Position numbers and translations under genes: made by a program
In this document: positions 61,244 to 64,000 of the stretch, one piece after another
How positions within the stretch are numbered: the stretch's first letter is position 1
Layout of the letters: the number at the start of each line of letters is the position of its first letter
DNA from: an uncultured delta proteobacterium
GTDB taxonomy: Bacteria > Desulfobacterota > Desulfobacteria > Desulfobacterales > JAFDCJ01
Direction: 5' to 3'
NCBI GenBank assembly: GCA_963769935.1
Contig: CAVYNY010000033.1
Location: 29,621 to 93,620, forward strand
Length of the DNA: 64,000 bases
The notes under the pieces: generated by a model
What the model saw: only the letters and a program-made list of their open reading frames with translations
What the model was told of the DNA's origin: nothing
The model's database searches: none

Positions 61244-63636
61244 CTATTCTTTTTTCGGCACTAAAAACAATTTTCCCGTGGCGTCTTTTTCTATATCAGA
61301 GCGCTCTATCCAGGCTGGATGATATTGGCCGTCGAGGTATAAGTCTACTTGATCCTTATAATGGGCGCTGCCAAGCTGCCCGGATTCCCCGGTGGGCAGG
61401 ACATGCTGCGAATTGTTCATATCTGAAAAATCGACGATCATTCGATATGAAGGCCCGGCGGTGACCTGATAAGGGGCATTATAGGGGTATTGCCGTTTAT
61501 TGATGGTCAGATGATTCCCCCCGACAGGAAAGGCGCCGATATTAAATAAGTGATTTAGCGGTTTCTTTTTGCCGAGAGGGTGTTCGAAGGTGAGTGTGTG
61601 CACCTTCCCCCAGATCCACTTGCCCGGATCGTTTCCAAATTCTTTTTTCAGCTGCCGGATGGTCTGCGCCACGCTCTTTTCAATGATATCTTCCAGGGTT
61701 TCTTTATCCGGGGTGCCGACGTCGTCGAACCATTCCGATGAACCATTTTTGACCAGACTCCGGATGGCTCGGGGTGGGAAAACGGTTGTTTCCAGATACT
61801 TTTTGAAAAGTTCTTCGCCCAACTCATCTTTGAAAACGGCTTCCATCATATTGCCATATATCTTTTCAAACAAAAAGGCCCCCGTGCTGTCCGCCTCCAT
61901 TTTGAAATTCCATTGCGATAAGGTTTTTTTCACGTTTTGAGCATCGGCACCAGAGGATCTTTTCCCCAGAACCTGAATTATTTTGGGTGTCAACTCGGCA
62001 GCCAGCACACAGTAAACATCCTGCTGCATTTGTTTCATGTCTTCGACGGTCAGTTTCTCTCTGGCATTTAACAATTGGCGTATGCGCGTGATTCGATCGA
62101 CGGGCTCGTAATAATGGCTGATAAATTGCGGATAGTTTTCAATATCGATTTTGTTGTTGGCGGTCGCGAAAAATCCCTCTTCAGGATTTATTATATGCGG
62201 TCTTTCCTCAAAGGGGAGATAGCCCTGCCAATCATAGTCCCCGGTCCAGCCGGGTACCGGCAGGAAGCCGTCCCCCTTGGGTCGCACAGGAACCGTAGCG
62301 CAGCACCAATAGCCGATGTTTCCGTTTGTGTCGGCAAATACAAAGTTCTGGCTGGGCAGTTCCCAGTATTGCAAAGCGTTTTTCACATCGGATATATCCT
62401 TGGCTTTCGCTAGAAGATAAACGGCTTTGGCCGGCTGAAGCCCTTCGGTGAAGGCCCATTTCACTGCCACGAGCTTTGGGGTCCGCCCCTTCGGAAATCT
62501 TGCTCAAGATAGGTCCGTGACGCGTCAAAAGGATTTCGGTTTCAAACGGATCTTTGCCCTTGATGCGGATCGTTTCCGCTACGGTCTGCATGTCTTCCCA
62601 TTTACCTTTGTAAAGGTATTGACGCGGATTATCCGGATTGATTTTTTCGATGAAAAAGTCGACATCGTCCACCATGACATTGGTAACGCCCCACGCCACA
62701 TTCTGGTTATGGCCCATAACGATTCCCGGAACACCCGGAACGGAATATCCGGAGACATCGATGGTTGGACAGACGATATGCCCTTCCCACCAAAAGGAGG
62801 GATTGGTGAGAGTTAAGTGCGGGTCGTTGGCCAAAATCGGTTTTCCGCTGGCAGTTTTTCTTCCGGATACCACCCAATTATTGCTGGCCCCAGCTACAGG
62901 AAGGTCAATGAGTTTTTCCAGTGACGCAAGTGCGGTCCGAAAAGAGTTGGAAACAATCGAGGAAATTGAGCTTTCCGGCGGAATTGTTATGGGTTGACTG
63001 CCGGGATAAACGGGAAAGATCTCCCTGAATTTATCTGCGCCTACTTTTTCCAGTATCCTGCCCGCGACAAGATCCACCTCCCATCCCATGCTCAAGCCCC
63101 GGTTGACCACCTTCAATATCGCAAGGTAATCCTCCGGTTTCCAGGGTTCGGGTTCATAGCGCAGCAATTTGAATTCCACGGGAAGCCGGTCTTGCCGGTT
63201 GGCAAGATAGGCATTGACGCCGTCGGCATAGGCATTGAGCATAAAGGCAACATCACTTGGTATTTCTTTATTTATGCCGCCGGCGGTCAGCAATCTGAAG
63301 TAGCGGTCGGTTTCAACAAACTCCTCCCCAAAAACCTCTGATAGGCGGCCCTGTCCCAGGCGTCGATAAAAATCCATCTGCCACATGCGATCCTGGGCCA
63401 TGGCATAGCCTAACCCGAAGAGGAGATCGGGTTCATTCCGGGCATAGATATGAGGTACTCCATGAGTATCTCTGATGATTTCTACATCTTCCTTAATGCC
63501 GGAAACCGTGACCTTTCCTGCAAGCTGCGGCTGGCTTCTCTTAATTGTGTATTGAAACCATAGATAGCCTGCGCCCAACTGCGACCAATACTGCACAAAC
63601 CAAAATCACGCCGATTCTGATGATCCATTTGCCCAT
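61244..63636 (-). CDS. penicillin acylase family Ntn-hydrolase, frameshifted at ~63575 and ~62470
   Basis: N-terminal anchor MGKWIIRIGVILV, RDTHGVPHIYA, AQDRMWQM, ASNNWVV catalytic Ser, ANDPHL, TRHGP, QNFVFAD, TANN, GPSYRMIVD, GESG. Confidence 0.9.
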
Positions 63637-64000
63637 CTATCGCCTCCGAAAGGCTTGTAACGTCTGCGGTTGACTCCGGCCTGTGGGGATTTGAAATTTT
63701 AATAAATATTCAATTGCATAGAGTAGTAACCAATTAGAAGTGGTGGAGTCAAGAGTAGATTTTATAACTCAGATTTAAATGTGCCCGAATATGTTCTACA
63801 TCAAAGTAGTAAGTTTTTTTCGGTCAAATTCTATCTTGATGGAAGAAGTGGAAGACGCTCTGGATAGGCTGCGGAGTTGGTCAGGTTGACTTGGTTGAGT
63901 GTGTTGAATGAGTTGATTAGGTTAATTGAGGGTAGCGGTTATTATCGACCTATTTCTTTCAGCACGCCATAGCAATACGTAACTGAAAGTTGAAAACAAA

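Overview
A 64 kb bacterial chromosomal window. Gene content and repeat style suggest a Desulfobacterota (Desulfobacterales-like) anaerobe; this is inference, not a marker-gene assignment. Several ordinary genes are split by 1-nt indels, so the assembly probably carries uncorrected long-read errors. From left to right: (1) a sugar ABC transporter locus with a lactonase and a Zn-dehydrogenase (0.6-7.8 kb). (2) A patchwork accessory region (8-31 kb) with two TIR-domain genes (TIR-TM-WD40, and TIR fused to an EEP/DNase I-fold domain with altered catalytic motifs), a molybdopterin enzyme, back-to-back integron-type cassette arrays with four attC-like sites and no integrase in the window (carrying YggL, a VapC/Phd TA pair and relics), an FRG gene, AmpD, and a rhodanese-like gene that reads through TGA-GGG-TGA (candidate two-selenocysteine U-G-U motif). 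(3) An amino acid/amine operon including an (R)-amine-transaminase-like fold IV enzyme. (4) A 16 kb acyl-CoA catabolic cluster resembling Atu/Liu branched-chain or terpenoid degradation, with two carboxyltransferase paralogues that look reciprocally half-degenerate and a BKACE enzyme. (5) Housekeeping and membrane genes, an RsbW/RsbV-like pair and a penicillin-acylase-family gene. Intergenic DNA is rich in palindromic elements and inverted 7-9 nt tandem repeats. I saw no rRNA, tRNA, CRISPR array, integrase or reverse transcriptase. All family calls come from motif recognition by eye; no database searches were run.
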